Positions 15,095 to 28,324 of a DNA stretch of 56,221 bases are shown here, in pieces. The position numbers and the translations under genes are program-made. Every line of letters begins with the position of its first letter. The stretch's first letter is position 1. The stretch is from Guillardia theta CCMP2712. Taxonomy: Eukaryota > Protista > Cryptophyta. The notes beneath the pieces are model-generated. The model saw nothing but the letters and a program-made list of their open reading frames with translations. It was not told the origin of the DNA and made no database searches. The DNA lies in assembly GCF_000315625.1 (NCBI RefSeq), contig NW_005434598.1:353647-409867 (forward strand), written 5' to 3'.

Positions 15095-16010
15095 GTGTCA
15101 TGCAATAGCTTGAGCGTCAGCCTCTGTCGGACGGTCGCCATGATCGTCCGACTCGGGCGTTGTCAGTGGCTCATAACCTTCCAAACAAGGGCTCCTCCCA
15201 TCAGGCCCTCATCCCCGCTCTTGTCCGTTAATTTGATGTTTTTTTTCAAACCCCGAGGCGTCATGTTCGGACCCTGCAGGAGTGAGGAAGGAGAGGAGAA
15301 GAGAACAAGGAGGAGGAGGAGCCGAAAGATGTTGAGGAACTAGATCGAAGAAGATCTCTGCGTTGTTCATCAAGGAGGTAGCTTTACATCTTGCTTCCTC
15401 CAAGATGAATCCATCGGTAAGCATGAAACCCTTCTCTGCTTCAAAGTTTGAGATTGAAACTCAACTGCCAACAGCTCTCTCGTGATGAAAACCTTCAAGT
15501 GCAGCAAAGAAAGCATACTCTACCTGTTGTGTTGTGGAATGGTAGTCCTACGAGTTCTAAGGGTACCGTCAACACCGCGCACGTCGAAAGCTCTATAACA
15601 CAACATAACGAGGAAATAGGCAGAGACAAGCCAAGCCATCGCCCTCAGAGGTGTATCATGTGTCACTGTGAAAATCTTGAGCGCTGATGAATGTCTTCAA
15701 GATCGGGCGCGGGCTCCTCTTCTTCGAACTCCATACCATGTCAGCACCTTGAACTTCTCTGCGATACCTGTGACGTTTGTTCAGTCATTGGTTTATTTGC
15801 GTGCGGCATGAGCAACGCACTTGACGTTCTCTTCACATCTGGTGCCCTGGACATCATGAAAGTTGCCTCTGATTTCTGACCGTTTCGTTCAAACCGAAAA
15901 GCTGTTTTCAACGTCTACTTCTTCGGGATCGAAGCTCAAGGTCTCCATAGTCGATCTCAGTTCTGCTCTGACCTGTCGTCTTTCTCCCGACAGAGTCAAC
16001 TCCACACCTG
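15095..16010 (-). CDS. Possible multi-exon hypothetical gene
   Basis: Coding-like minus-strand segments convergent with dynein. No recognisable domain and the structure is unresolved. Confidence 0.2.
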
Positions 16011-16141
16011 AGGTAGTTGAGTCGCCTTGTGATGCTCGCACTGGGTTCAATCCCTCACAGGGGCTTGTGGTGGGCCCACCTCACCCTTTCTGCTGTCGCT
16101 GTCTTGTCTGGTGAGCAGCCAGGGATCATGACGCGATATGC

Positions 16142-17875
16142 TTGCCTGACGTGCGTCAGGATTCCTCACCTTCGCATACCTTGCATGCAGACGGAGAACT
16201 CGCAAGGGTATGTTTTGATGTTGCGCTCTCACTAGCAGCTCCTCTGCCTCACTGGGGCTATGATCGGAAGATGCGTGTAACGATGCGTTCAGTGTGGTTT
16301 TGCTCTTTCTCCTGCGTCGTTCTCGCGTCTCTTGGACTTTTCGTGGTGAGACTTGCGGAGTTGAGGGACAAATCGACAACATTGAACAGGTCGAGCTGTT
16401 GATGTACTGGACGATCATCCATGCAAGTTTCGAAGGTGTTCTGAATCAGCTGATTCCAAGATTGATGACAAGCGGTTGACGTGCAGAAGTTCGTGCCACC
16501 CTCAGAGCGTTGACAATCTTCACGCGCCTGATGACGATGATCACTTGCGTCAAAGAAGTCGAAGTGAGCTCCAGAGATTCTTCTACTTGAGTCACCCGCA
16601 TTGCAGCTGCGCAGAGAGGCGTGTAAGCAAGACAGACCTCTTAGACCGTTTTCCACAGGTTCTCTGACAGATCGTGCTTCTCGCCACGCTCGAGTAACAA
16701 CTTTACAGCTGTCACCAACACTTCTCGCTTGAGGACGCCTTCTCCTCCTGCTTCCTCTCTTCCTCCCACAAGCAAGCTAGTGTACGAAATGATAACGTGT
16801 CATTGTTTCATGAGTTGTTGCTTCTCTTTCATCGGCTTTACTGACTATTGCTCTGCTTACAGAGAGCCAGTGAGACCGGCTGCAATGAGCGTGACTGCAA
16901 GGTACACGATAGGGAGACTGTGATGGAGAATGATACAACGGTCAGTGCAAAGTTGTTTCTCGACGGTCAGACGAAGGAACCGAAGGATTCGCTGGTGCTG
17001 CTTGAAACGTCTTGTATCTTCTTGACCCTGTCCCTTCTGCTGCCTCTCAGTCACCGGGAAAGATCCCCAGCCTGTGGCAACCTCCGTCAGAAGACCAATC
17101 GACAGGTCAGCCCGACTTGATCTCTTGACTTCCTCAGCTCTTCCCTTAGCAAAGTCGTCTCTCCTGCGCGAAGATGACTTGGCCAAGACTCTCAGTGATG
17201 AGACTCGCGCTGGTTCCCCATGGCTGACAAGTTGACAGACGTGACATCAACGATGCCCAGCAGAGTCAATGCGGCGCCGTCGACCAGGTCCTGCAGGCCC
17301 TTCACCATCGCCCCTCACTTTGTGAAGCAGAGGAACGAGCCCCTTGTACTCGGAATCCAAGGCGACAGATGGCGGGAGCTCAGTGCCTCTCGCCAGGGAT
17401 ATCAACTACATGGAAGGGATTCAGGCGTTCGACAACTACATCCAGTCGGCGAAGTTGGAGTACGAGCAGTACCAGACGGCACTGGAGAGAGACAAGGAGC
17501 TCAACATGTCGAGACAGATTGACTTGAACATCTACGACTCTCAGGAGGATCAGGTGACTCGCAACTTTCTCCTTCCTCCCCTCTCCCTTTCGTCTCATCC
17601 CCCCTCCTCCAGGGTTCCTTCTATTCCGAGCTTCCTCTTGCTCCAGCTACGAGCTCGTCGACTCCAGCTGCCAGGTGCTCGTCGGGTCAAGTCGTTTGTT
17701 TCATGTCAACCATCGTGACAGGCCGCAGCTTATGGAGCCCCAGCAGGGGATCACCAACAACGAAAACAACAGATCTTCGGCTGCCTCTGAGAGGCTCCAC
17801 TCGCACAGGATCAAGAGGAATCTCCGCATGGCCCATCAGTACGAGTTGCCAATCGACGCCATTTTCCAGCTCTGA
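16142..17875 (+). CDS. Hypothetical multi-exon protein
   Basis: Exon-like ORFs at 17344-17553 (DINYMEGIQAFDNYIQSAKLEYEQYQ..) and 17721-17875 (..RMAHQYELPIDAIFQL*) have plausible splice sites. The 5' end is uncertain. Confidence 0.4.
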
Positions 17876-17930
17876 GTGAGTGAAGCGAGACACGACAAAC
17901 GAGTCTCGTCTGATCGGGGACTCGGTGGGT

Positions 17931-20900
17931 TCAATACTTCATTTGATACTTCTTCCACAGACTCGAAAGGTCGTCGTTTGTCCTCTCTCCCGACTTGCTT
18001 CCCCCAGCTGCCGCTAGTGACGCGTGGAGTCCACTCCGAACTCTCTCCAGCTCGCTCAGAACGTCCGACGTGTTGGCATCCAACGCACGCGGCCTGCTCG
18101 AGTTTGCTCCCGTCATGTCCCGGGCAGCATCAAACGTTCGATCTCCGGGCTCAGCTCGTAAGACCCCCGGGGTCTGCTGCCCATACGTCATGCGCCGACT
18201 GGCCGAGTCGAAGGAGCTTCCGATGCGACTGCTGACGACGGGGCTTTGACTGTACGATGAGAAACGGTTTCGTTCAGACTCGAGGTTCGCCAGGATCGTT
18301 TGAAAGTCTGAAGGCATCGGCTGCTGCCCCTCAGTCTTGGCGCCGGTCATGGTCGACTTCAAGTACTCATAAGCAGGCGACGACCTCGCACTCTGCTGGG
18401 GCGTCCCAAAGTCATCTTTGACTTGATTCCTGACAAGGCGACAAGAGTCAGGAGGAGGAGGAGGAGGGAAAGAAACCTACGTTCTCTTCACGTCGTCGGC
18501 GAAGGATGGCGGCATAGGAGGTAAGGAGCTTCGGCTGCTGTATTCGACTTCATCTGCTCCGCCTCGGAAGCGAGTGGAGTGGTAGGAAGGGCTGAAGTTC
18601 ATCTGGGGGTACGGGGGCAGCACAGCCTCTCGCCTGCTCTCCTCCTGCTTGCTGGACTGCGAGAACTTCATGTCGTAGAGGTCTTCTTGAGTTCGAGTTG
18701 ACAACTCAGCGACACTGGGCACGTTGCTGTGCCCGTAGAGCAGACCAGAATAGTTGTGAGAGAGCAAGGAGAACGGCTTCTGCGCTGGAGGCGATGGCTC
18801 GTCCGCTGAGTCGGAGGCGCTCCTCGTGATTCTTCCTTCGGCAATGCCCTCCCATACACCCGTCACAACATTCTGGACTTTTTCGCGTTTGCCTCCGTCT
18901 TGTGTTTGTCTTTCGGAGACACTCGTCTTTGCAATCTGAGGGTTTGGTTGATTCTCTCCTATGTTCGTTGTGAAAGAGAAAATCGCCGCGTTGACATTTG
19001 GATTGTATGGTAGATCGTGATTGACTAGTGCACCTGAAACCGTCACGCTCACTCAATCACTAAGCAACTCGATGTTTTTAAAAAAAGATTGAAGGAAGAA
19101 AAGAAAAACATTTTACCTCTAGGAGATGCTTCATAAACGGCATCTCTGTGACCCCTTCTATCAGAAACCTGACTTCAGATTCGCAACTTTACCTTGTCCC
19201 GATCTCTTTTGAAATGTGCATCTATTGTAAACAAAAAATGAAGTCAGGATCAGAATGGCAGAAGAAACCTCAAGAAATTGATGTTGAGTACCCTGAATGG
19301 TATGTCCTTGGATGGTTGATTCGACAAGGTAGAGGGCTGTTCAACACGAGTGTGATACAACATGATGCCAACAACCAAGCTTACCAACTCTTGCTGCATC
19401 ATTGTATTGCTGTCGATTTTCTCAACCTTCTGAACGCTGTTGTCAACCAGCACCTGATTTGAATCAGTTCAAGAAAGTAACATCGCAAGCTGACCTTATA
19501 AGAAACATCAGTCTCTGGACTTTCTTTCCAGGCATTCGACAGAGAATCTTCTTGTCCGCTGCTCTGCCCTTGTTGATCTATTGCCGTTCCTTCGATATGT
19601 TTTCTTTCGACTTGTTCAACCTTGCTGCTAGCTTTGACCTTCTCCGTCTCCTCGACTTCATTTTGAGTTTCACCTTGCACATATTGTTGTATGCCTTGGT
19701 TTGTTGAATCGGACTGTCGTGCTGCAGTGGCTTCTGACGGCTGTTTGTGCACATTCTCATCACTTTGACCTTTGTCTGCATCAGGTCGCACATCAGGCTC
19801 TTTCTTCTGTTTTGTCTCTTCCTCCATCATCAGCTGCTGCCGCTTCTGCTCGTGGAACAAGAGCACGGGCTTGGTTGTGTCAGACCTGTCTTGACGCGTC
19901 TTGTCGTTAGGAGATCGTAAGGTAGTGGTGCTGGTGCTGGTGCTGGTGCTGGTGCTGGTGCTGGTGCTTTTGGGACTATCGAGCTTACTGCTATTTTCAA
20001 CGACATCCGGTGTGTTTTTGGCTTCAGCCACCGGTTTCGACGAGGCTGCTCTTGATGCTGCTTGAACTTTATCATCGTCTTTCAAAGGTTGTTCCATTGA
20101 TTTATCTGGTGGTTTGCTGCTTCGTGGCAATTCTTCTTTCAGACTTGTTTCTGATAGCTTCGAATCAGATGGTTGACTGTGACTGTCACTTTCCTTGGCT
20201 TTGAGTTTGGAAGGAGACAGTTCATGTGTGCTCGACTCTTGTCTAATGCCAGCATCGACTCCACCGTTGGGTTTCGGTTCGGCTGGGAGCTCAGAGGCTG
20301 GCGGTTGCTTGAGGTTGGACTTGAGCTCGGGTCTGCTTTCAGGCTGCCCTTGTTCATCCTCCATCCGCTTGTCGCTCTCCGATGTGTCTTCCACGTACTC
20401 GGGGATCGCAAAGTGCTCCAGCTCTTGTTGCTTCAGAGGCTCCTGCTGCCTGCAGGCAAGCAGCATCAGAGCGGTACCAGAGGCTTATCGTTACCTTGGT
20501 GTTTCAACTCTAGCAGGGTTGCTCTGACTCCTCCCTCGGTGATCTGCAAGGCGTTGGATCAGAGACTTGACATGCGTCAGCTCAGCAGGAACGCACCAGC
20601 ATTGGGAAGAAAGGTAGGAGGGGTGGAGATGACAAAGTTAGGGAAGAACTGTCGGATGCACATGCTTTGTTCTTCATATTGTTTGCGTGTCTCAGCCAGC
20701 CGTTTGTCATACCACTGAATGGCGTTGAAGAAGTCGTACTGTATGACTTGAGATGCTAGATATGGAGTAGCAAGCTTGACCTGATTGACAATGGTTAGAA
20801 GAAGAGCAGCAGCAACATCCAAAGTTTGTTGTCGTACAATCAAAGCTTGAGAAGAAGGCCTGTTAGAAGGATTTTCAGATAAGCAGGCTCGGCAGATGTC

Positions 20901-22297
20901 TTGTATATTTTTCGAATAGGATTGAGGAATCTGACGGTATACGTGTTAAGAATCGAATGAAACATGGTTAGCAGCGAAACTAGTGGGTAATTACCCATTC
21001 GAACCATATTCGTTTATCTTTCTCATAGGTCGGGTGATTCAAGGTGAGGAGCTCGAAAAGTACACATCCTAAAGACCATATGTCCGCCTTGTTTGAGTAG
21101 TCTTGCTTGTTATAAACTTCAGGAGCCATGTACCTGAGCAATCCAACGTTTTATCATAGAAATTCAACCATAGGTGTGAAAACCGTTTCGTGCCGACTCT
21201 TTTTTCAAGCTCTGGTGCCACAGTCTGTGTTGTTTGACCTGCAACTTGATTTGTTGTGAGTGAGATGTTTTGCTGAGCTCAAGGGCGACCATTACCAGCA
21301 TCCAATACTTTTGAGATGCCGAAATCGCCCACTTTCACCGTCCTGCCATCGGCCATGAGGAAGATGTTGGAGGGCTTGATGTCTCGGTGGATGACTTGCT
21401 CTTGGTGGGCGTAGTCGAGAGCCTCGCAGACCTGACGCACAAGACTGACGGCAAGCAGACACAAGACTGACGGCAAGCAGACACAAGACTGACGGCAAGC
21501 AGACACAAGACTGACGGCAAGCAGACACAAGACTGACGGCAAGCAGACACAAGACTGACGGCAAGCAGACACAAGACTGACGGCAAGCAGACACAAGACT
21601 GACGGCAAGCAGACACAAGACTGACGGCAAGCAGACACAAGACTGACGGCAAGCAGACACAAGACTGACGGCAAGCAGACACAAGACTGACGCCAAGCAG
21701 ACAGCCCTGCCAGCCATACCTGAATCAACCACAGCGTGATGATCTCCTCGTTAATGTGTTGCTTGGCACCCCTTGCCTTGATCTTTCCACGCCAAGCAAG
21801 CGTTAACGTATTGAATCATCCTCAACAGATCATGATCTTACAATTTCGTTTCGCAGATCTCCTCCATCAGCATAATCCATAACAATACACAGCTGATTGT
21901 TGCCTACGATAGTCATTAGAACTTCAATGCAGCCTTGGAAAATCACTCACTAGTGTAAAAATCGCACATCTCGATGATGTTACGATGTTTTAGATGCATC
22001 ATAACACGAATTTCTTGCACTTTCAGATTGTTTTCTCTTAGATTATCAACTACCTAAAATTCCAATGTCAACTGGACTTTGTTTTGGGCAATCACTCAGT
22101 CGTGAGATCAAGTAGGTCGTTAGAAGAGCGTCAGCCACAACGCACGGGCGAACAAGAGAGGACCATGATGTCTCTGGCATCTAGAGCTTCACCTTCACGA
22201 CGTAAGTCTTCTTGTCTCGTCGTCCTTCTGTCAGGTACACAGTCCCAAAGCTTCCCTTCCCCAGCTCCTGCTTCGCCCGGTACCGCTGCAGCACCAT
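17931..22297 (-). CDS. NIMA-related (NEK) Ser/Thr kinase with a long low-complexity C-terminal region; multi-exon
   Basis: Exon 1 reads [22 protein letters not shown]...YVVK. Later exons give [72 protein letters not shown]. Joining the downstream ORFs 19399-20466, 18477-19052 and 17931-18362 into the same gene is inferred. Confidence 0.85.
21439..21702. repeat. 22-bp tandem repeat (ACAAGACTGACGGCAAGCAGAC) x ~12 in a NEK intron
   Basis: Directly visible; gives a 22-aa periodicity in the translations. Confidence 0.95.
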
Positions 22298-22299
22298 CT

Positions 22300-22725
22300 T
22301 CACCGCCTACAATACACCCCCACCCTTTCAATGCTTACCCCCACCCCTCATATAAATCACAACCCCATGCAAAATTATCTTCTGACCCCCATTTTTCCCA
22401 TAATATCGGGTCAATTTACCACCCTACAATCCGAACCACCACTGCCGTCGACACCCCTAACCCCCTGGTTGCCAGGAATAACTATGACCCCTGGTGCCGA
22501 GCGCAAGACCGTGTCAATGGGTGGGGTGGGTGAACGGCTCGGCGTCGGGCGGACGTTCCGAACTCGGAAGTTCAGACCCGCGGGCCCGCCGGGCCATCCG
22601 GCAATGTGGTGGGAAATGGGTGGGTAGGATGAAGTAATTAGGTGGGTAGGGTAGTCATCAGGGGTCCTTTGAAGCTTGTATGACTGGTCGATATAGGGGT
22701 GGGGTGAGTAGGTCGGGAGGGCCGC
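22300..22725. promoter_or_regulatory. Putative bidirectional promoter region: ACCCC-rich left half, GGGGT-rich right half, GC-rich core
   Basis: Lies between divergent genes, and the strand skew of the motif flips at ~22510. Confidence 0.35.
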
Positions 22726-22789
22726 CTCAGAATGTTGCAACGGCAGAAGAGCATGAGAGAATCAGTGGATGATGAACGCGACAAGAAGA

Positions 22790-23127
22790 GATGAAGCGAG
22801 GAGAAGATGAAGCGAGGAGAAGATGAAGCGAGGAGGACATGAAGCGAGGAGGACATGAAGCGAGGAGAAGATGAAGCGAGGAGGACATGAAGCGAGGAGG
22901 ACATGAAGCGAGGAGGACATGAAGCGAGGAGGACATGAAGCGAGGAGGAGGAGAAGCGAGGAGGAGATGAAGCGAGGAGGAGATGAAGCGAGGAGGACAT
23001 GAAGCGAGGAGGAGGAGAAGCGAGGAGGAGATGAAGCGAGGAGGACATGAAGCGAGGAGGAGGAGAAGCGAGGAGGAGATGAAGCGAGGAGGAGATGAAG
23101 CGAGGAGGAGATGAAGCGAGGAGGAGG
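22790..23127. repeat. 16-bp tandem repeat (GAAGCGAGGAGGACAT variants) x ~21
   Basis: Directly visible. Confidence 0.95.
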
Positions 23128-23289
23128 CAAGAACGCTCAGGACAGGGCTCAGGAGACGCTTTGCTTGGTGAACTTGAGATTAGAAGGAAGATAACGAGTC
23201 GTAAAGCATGTAAAGCGAAGGTTGTGAAATCGCAGAGAGGCAGACGAGAGAGAGAGCGCAACTAACGGACAGATGTGTGGGATTATGGC

Positions 23290-26033
23290 ATGACAGGCTG
23301 CCCAGGGCCGCATGGAAAAGAGGCAGCTTCATCTCAGCCTAGTGTGATGCATCAGCATAGAATGTTTCAGGATCTATGATAGTGACCGATGATCGTCAAT
23401 TTGTTCTCCAAGAAAGCTAAGAGGTGGCTCAACCCTGGCAACGTGTACCCAACACTTAGCATGTGCTGCAGGCCCAAGAGCGGCTCGTCTGCTGGACGCT
23501 CAAGCTCAGGAAAGCGAGAGGAGGAGAGGTCAGGGCCCTCATTGCACGCATGGCTGCATGAGCGCAGAGGTTGCAGGCGGTCGAGGAGCTGCCGAGGGTC
23601 TCACATGCCCGACAGGCGTCGCTCTCCGCCCCTCCTCAGCCAGGCCTGCAAACACTGCCGGCCTTGACGAGCTGCCGTCCCTCCAGCCCAGTCACGGGCC
23701 CCGACAAGTTTCGAGCGTGACGAGCCGAGGAGAAGATTGGCGGCCGCAGAGCGCAAGTAGTGCGATGCTGTTGCTGTGGATGGAGGTGACCTCGGCTCCG
23801 TCTGACCTGCTTCTCCTTCTCATGTGCAGGAGCAAGACTGCAGGCGCACTTGGCGCTCGAGCACAAGACTAGAATCACTCTGAGCGGTCGCTTGCTCTGT
23901 CAAGGTTGCCTGAGAGCTCATGCAACGCCTGGCAGATGGGGTCTCGACGCAAGCACAGGGCTTGCCGTTGCAACACGAGGATGAAGAGAAGCTTTGCGAG
24001 AAAGATGGCGACCCAGCACCCGATTCCTCGTCGTCTCCTGACTTCCACGACGTTGCTGTAGACCATGATCAAACCATTCTGTTTGCCAAGAAATCAATCG
24101 TTGAGGCGCAGATTGCCATGAAGGTCCGTATAAGAGTTATGTCATTCCCGAAATTGAATCTTTTTGTTTCATTAGAAGTTCTCAGAAGAAATTTCAAAGG
24201 ACGAAACGGTACCACACTAGATCATGTGAACAATGTCAGGTTGATGATGACCATGCTTGATATCGCAGGTCAACCAAGTATCTGAAGACTCTCTCTACTG
24301 CAAGGTGAGACAGACCTCTACTCCTCACTCAATTTTTGACAGGCAACGCAGGAACTCACTTCACCGTCGAAGTTGAGCCCCACAAGAGGATGGACGTCTC
24401 CTTTTCCCTCCACCCCCACCTCGTTTCAAGCTGTCATGGCGCAGACGAACGTTGAGAAAGATGTAGTGCGGTTGCGGGACAAAGACAAGAAGGCCGGCAA
24501 GTTCAGTTCGTTGGAGAAGCTTGCGAGTAGGAAGAGCAACAAGATGAGAGTCGATGCTCTTCACAAGTGTATCAAAGCCATCGAGAAGCTGTCTGTCGCC
24601 TTGGATCGCGAGTCGGCTCAAAACAAGGTCAGGCATGACGCCTGCCCATGTCATCCCTATGACACTGTGAGCAAACAGACTCTTGTCAAAGTGTTGTCGT
24701 CATGCGGTCTCCCTAAGGAGAATGAGCCTCCCCGCCACTATCTTGACCAGTCAGCCTCATGGCGAGGTAGAAGTGCCGCAGCACGAGCGTCCTACGTGGC
24801 AAACATGGTGCCAGGAGCAGAGCTCAAGGTCCCGTCGCGAGTGCCATGTGCGAGCATGACCAGCGGCAGGTGCTCAAGACTATGCCGCAAGATTGGCTGC
24901 AATCGATGGAGAAGGTCATCGCACTGAAGCTTGTCAACGCTCAGGTGGTAGGAGAGGCTGCCATGGAGCCCTCACTGTTGCTTGTCACAAGCAGCTCACT
25001 GCCGAGCTTGCTGAGCTCGAGAACAAGAGAAGCGAATTTGACCCGCCTGGTGGAGAGGGAGGAGAAGACGGGAGAAGAATGCAGCACCAAGGGGCTTCGA
25101 TACACGCGGCTGCCAAGTGAGTGAAACTCGTGCTGTGCTGTCTCTCTAAGTTGCTTGCAGTCAAGCTTCTTCTCATGACCAAGTGACCTGCTCGGTGACT
25201 TGAACGAGCTGACGATGACGAGCAGGAGAGACGTCTGGATGTCACGAATGAATCAGAGCTCGCCAAGACCATCGCCATCTTTAACGAGAGGGTGAGAGAT
25301 CGCTCGAGAGTCGTCTCTGCTTCTTTTGCAACTGTGTCAAGTTGCTACCGTTGACTCTGGTGTCAGCTGCAAGCCAACTATTCCGAGTTGAGAAAACGAA
25401 TCTACGATCACCAGGCTCCATTGGGCGAGAAAGAGCAACTTGTGCTTGTGGACGAGGTTGAAGCCGTCCGCATGGGAAACTGTTTGACTCTGAGCCCTCT
25501 AGGTTCGCGGTCTCCAGCAGATTCTCTCAGAGGTGAACGCTGCCATGCGCAGCCTGCAGCTGGACAAGAGGTCTGCACCTCCCTTACTGAATCACGTGAC
25601 ATCCTTGCTCAAGGTCGAGAGCTTCAGCAGAGGAGGCGGTCAGCTTGCCTGCAGACGTGAACCGTCAGGTCAGCCATGAGCTGCTGGGGCCCTCGCGCCA
25701 TCTGACGGGCTGATTAGCGACCACATGCCGTGGATGTCAAGTCCTATGCCCTGGCGTACGTGGCTAAGGAGGACGAGGAGCTCAACACGCTGGAGGAGCA
25801 GATGGACGAGCTGCTGCAGCTGCTGGAAGAGAAGAGATGTCATGACGGCAGAGGAGAGGAGGCAAACAAGGTACACGAGGGTGGGAAGGAATGAGGGACC
25901 ATGCGTGAGTGTGAGACCGCAGGCGAAGAAAACTCGCAATAGCTTCTCGTCCAACCTTGAGGTGGTAAAGGAGATGGAGGCTCACGAACAGGAGGAGCAG
26001 GCGCCGCTGGCACTAGGGATGTACAATATATGA
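23290..26033 (+). CDS. Hypothetical multi-exon, coiled-coil-rich protein
   Basis: A series of short exon-like segments with GT-AG borders (e.g. DQTILFAKKSIVEAQIAMK, RVDALHKCIKAIEKLSVALDRE, QLTAELAELENKR, EDEELNTLEEQMDELLQLLEE). The start is uncertain. Confidence 0.5.
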
Positions 26034-26062
26034 TGCTACATGGCATGCCGGCTTAGGGCCCT

Positions 26063-26294
26063 TCACTTGAGAGCTCCCGCGTCACTGAGGAGCTGCTTGA
26101 GCTCTCCATTCTGATGCATCTCCATCATGATGTCGCAGCCTCCCACAAACTCGCCGTTGACAAACAGCTGAGGGATCGTTGGCCATGCACTGCAGGACAG
26201 AACGAATCAGCTGGAGAAAGAGAAAGAGGAAGCAAGTAGTGACAAAAGGAGGAACACAGTGGTGAGAAGAAGAGAGAGAGAGAAGAGGAGAGAG

Positions 26295-26331
<37 letters not shown>

Positions 26332-27471
26332 CTTACGAGAACTGCTTCACTCCTTCCCTCACTTCCATGTCTTCCAGCACGTTGAATGCGCCATATTGAG
26401 TCCTGTGAAAGTCGAGGATCTGCACAGCCTTATTGCTGAAGCCGCACATGGGGAAGTCGGGCGTTCCCTGCCACGAAGTCAAAAGAGAGGAGAGGAAACA
26501 GTCTAAGAGTGAGGAGAGGATGAGAAACGAAGTACAAGGAGAAGTTGATAGCAAACGATTGAGGTGAAGGAGAGGAGGAGAAAGGAGGTGATCGATCCGA
26601 GGGAGACTCAAAGAAGAGGAGCATGGGGATGAGCCAAGTGAGGAGCAGCAATTGAGGAGCAGTTCTTCCTCCCTCGCTACTCCCTCACATAGAGAGATCA
26701 GGGAGAGAAGAGAGCGGTTCACCTTCATGAAGAGAACCACTTTGCGCGACGAGACCAGGTTCTTGATCTCTGCCTGCACGTTTCTGCCCTCACTGGCTGC
26801 CGGAGCCTTGGCTTTAGGCGCAAAGTCCGAGTCGCTTCCTTCGCTCCCCACGGTAGCGAATGACCGAGCAATCGCAACAGACTTGGGCCCGGCAGCTGCT
26901 GGCCCCCAGGCCCTCAGCGCGGGATGGCGACCAGAGCGAAGCGGTCGAGCCCTGACAGCAGCCAGGGAGATTGATCTGGAGCACAAAAATAAGAAAAGAA
27001 GGGAGGACGGAGAGGATGAACACATATGGGGAGTAAGGAGGAGTTGAGGGGAAGGAGGACAATGAGGCGGAGACGGTTATGGCGATATGAAGAATGGTTT
27101 CAAGGAGAGGGTTGGAGGAATGCGAGGGGCATTAGAGGAAGAGGATTGGATAGTGGAGTATGAGAGGAGGGAGAAAAATGAATTAGAGGGAGTGGAAACA
27201 ACGAGAGGGGAGGAGGGGAGGAGGGAGAGCAGAGCAGAGCAGAGAAGAGAAGAGCAGAGCAGAGCAGAGAAGAGAATTGAAGAGAAGAGAAGAGAAAGGG
27301 GGAGAAGAGGAGAAGTGAACAGGGGAGGGGAGGGGAGAGAAACGGAGGGAGAGAGGAAGATAGAAAGAAGAGAACAGGGCGAGGAAAGGAGGGGGGAAGG
27401 AGGCAGCGGCGGGGGAGAGGAGGGAGATGAAGGAGGGGAGAGCAGCATTGTTACCTCCTCAAAGACAGCAT
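26063..27471 (-). CDS. GRX5: Mitochondrial monothiol (CGFS) glutaredoxin, Grx5/GRXS15 type
   Basis: VVLFMK|[43 protein letters not shown]. Micro-exon MLSLR at 27471 splices in frame to an Arg/Ala-rich transit peptide. An SDSDFAPK motif is present. Confidence 0.93.
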
Positions 27472-27779
27472 GGTGCGACTTAGAAGATGAGGGGAGGGGT
27501 TCGATCGTTCTTGTTCGTGACAGGGGGTGGTTTTTGCCCCAGGGGGTCCAACATAGATTGCTGATGGCAGGGGTACTTGTAGCATGTTTACAGGGTCTAT
27601 GGGGTAGTAGGGAATGTTTAGGGGTCGGTAGTCCCACCCCACCCATCCCTAATTCAGGTAAATCACACCCCTCCTGCTCGTCTCCTTCTTTGCGTCCTGC
27701 ACCTCCTTTCCTTTTCTGCGCCTCCGGCCAACCCTCCTTCCGACCCCCCCCCCCCCTGCCCACCCCCGGGTCTCCTTCT

Positions 27780-27864
27780 CCTCGTCCTCCTCGTCCTCCT
27801 CGTCCTCCTCGTCCTCCTCGTCCTCCTCGTCCTTCACCACGTCCTCGTCCTTCACCACGTCCTT

Positions 27865-27924
<60 letters not shown>

Positions 27925-27985
27925 CACCACTTCCAACTCCACCTTCTCGTCCTCGTCCTCGTCCTCGTCCACCTCGTCCTCATCC
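27780..27985. repeat. (CCT/CGT)n microsatellite
   Basis: Directly visible. Confidence 0.9.
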
Positions 27986-28324
27986 TTGTCAAAATCCAGT
28001 GTGGAGATTTGACGATTCAGGTGGACAACCGCAGAACCAGTGAAACAACTGAGGCAGGGAAGAGGTAAGGAAGACAAGAAGCAGATATGTAAGGGCCTGT
28101 TAGTGAACCAGGTCTCTTCCACTTATTTGCTTGCTCTTTCCCTCTTGTTCATGTTTCTAACTGAGTAATCGGTTTCTAACTAAGTATTCGGTGAGCCGCT
28201 CGTTTCCAAACTGGAGTTTCTCAAGATTAATGACCTCCCTAGCTTTCGCTGTCATGTGAAGCACGTAAGATGCAGTTCCGTTTAATCAAGCGCGAAATCA
28301 ATAACCTAGCAGCGTATCAAAGGC

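Noticed and set aside
27077-28122. Long Arg/Pro/Glu-rich ORFs
   Set aside because: They arise from microsatellite and purine-rich intronic or intergenic DNA.
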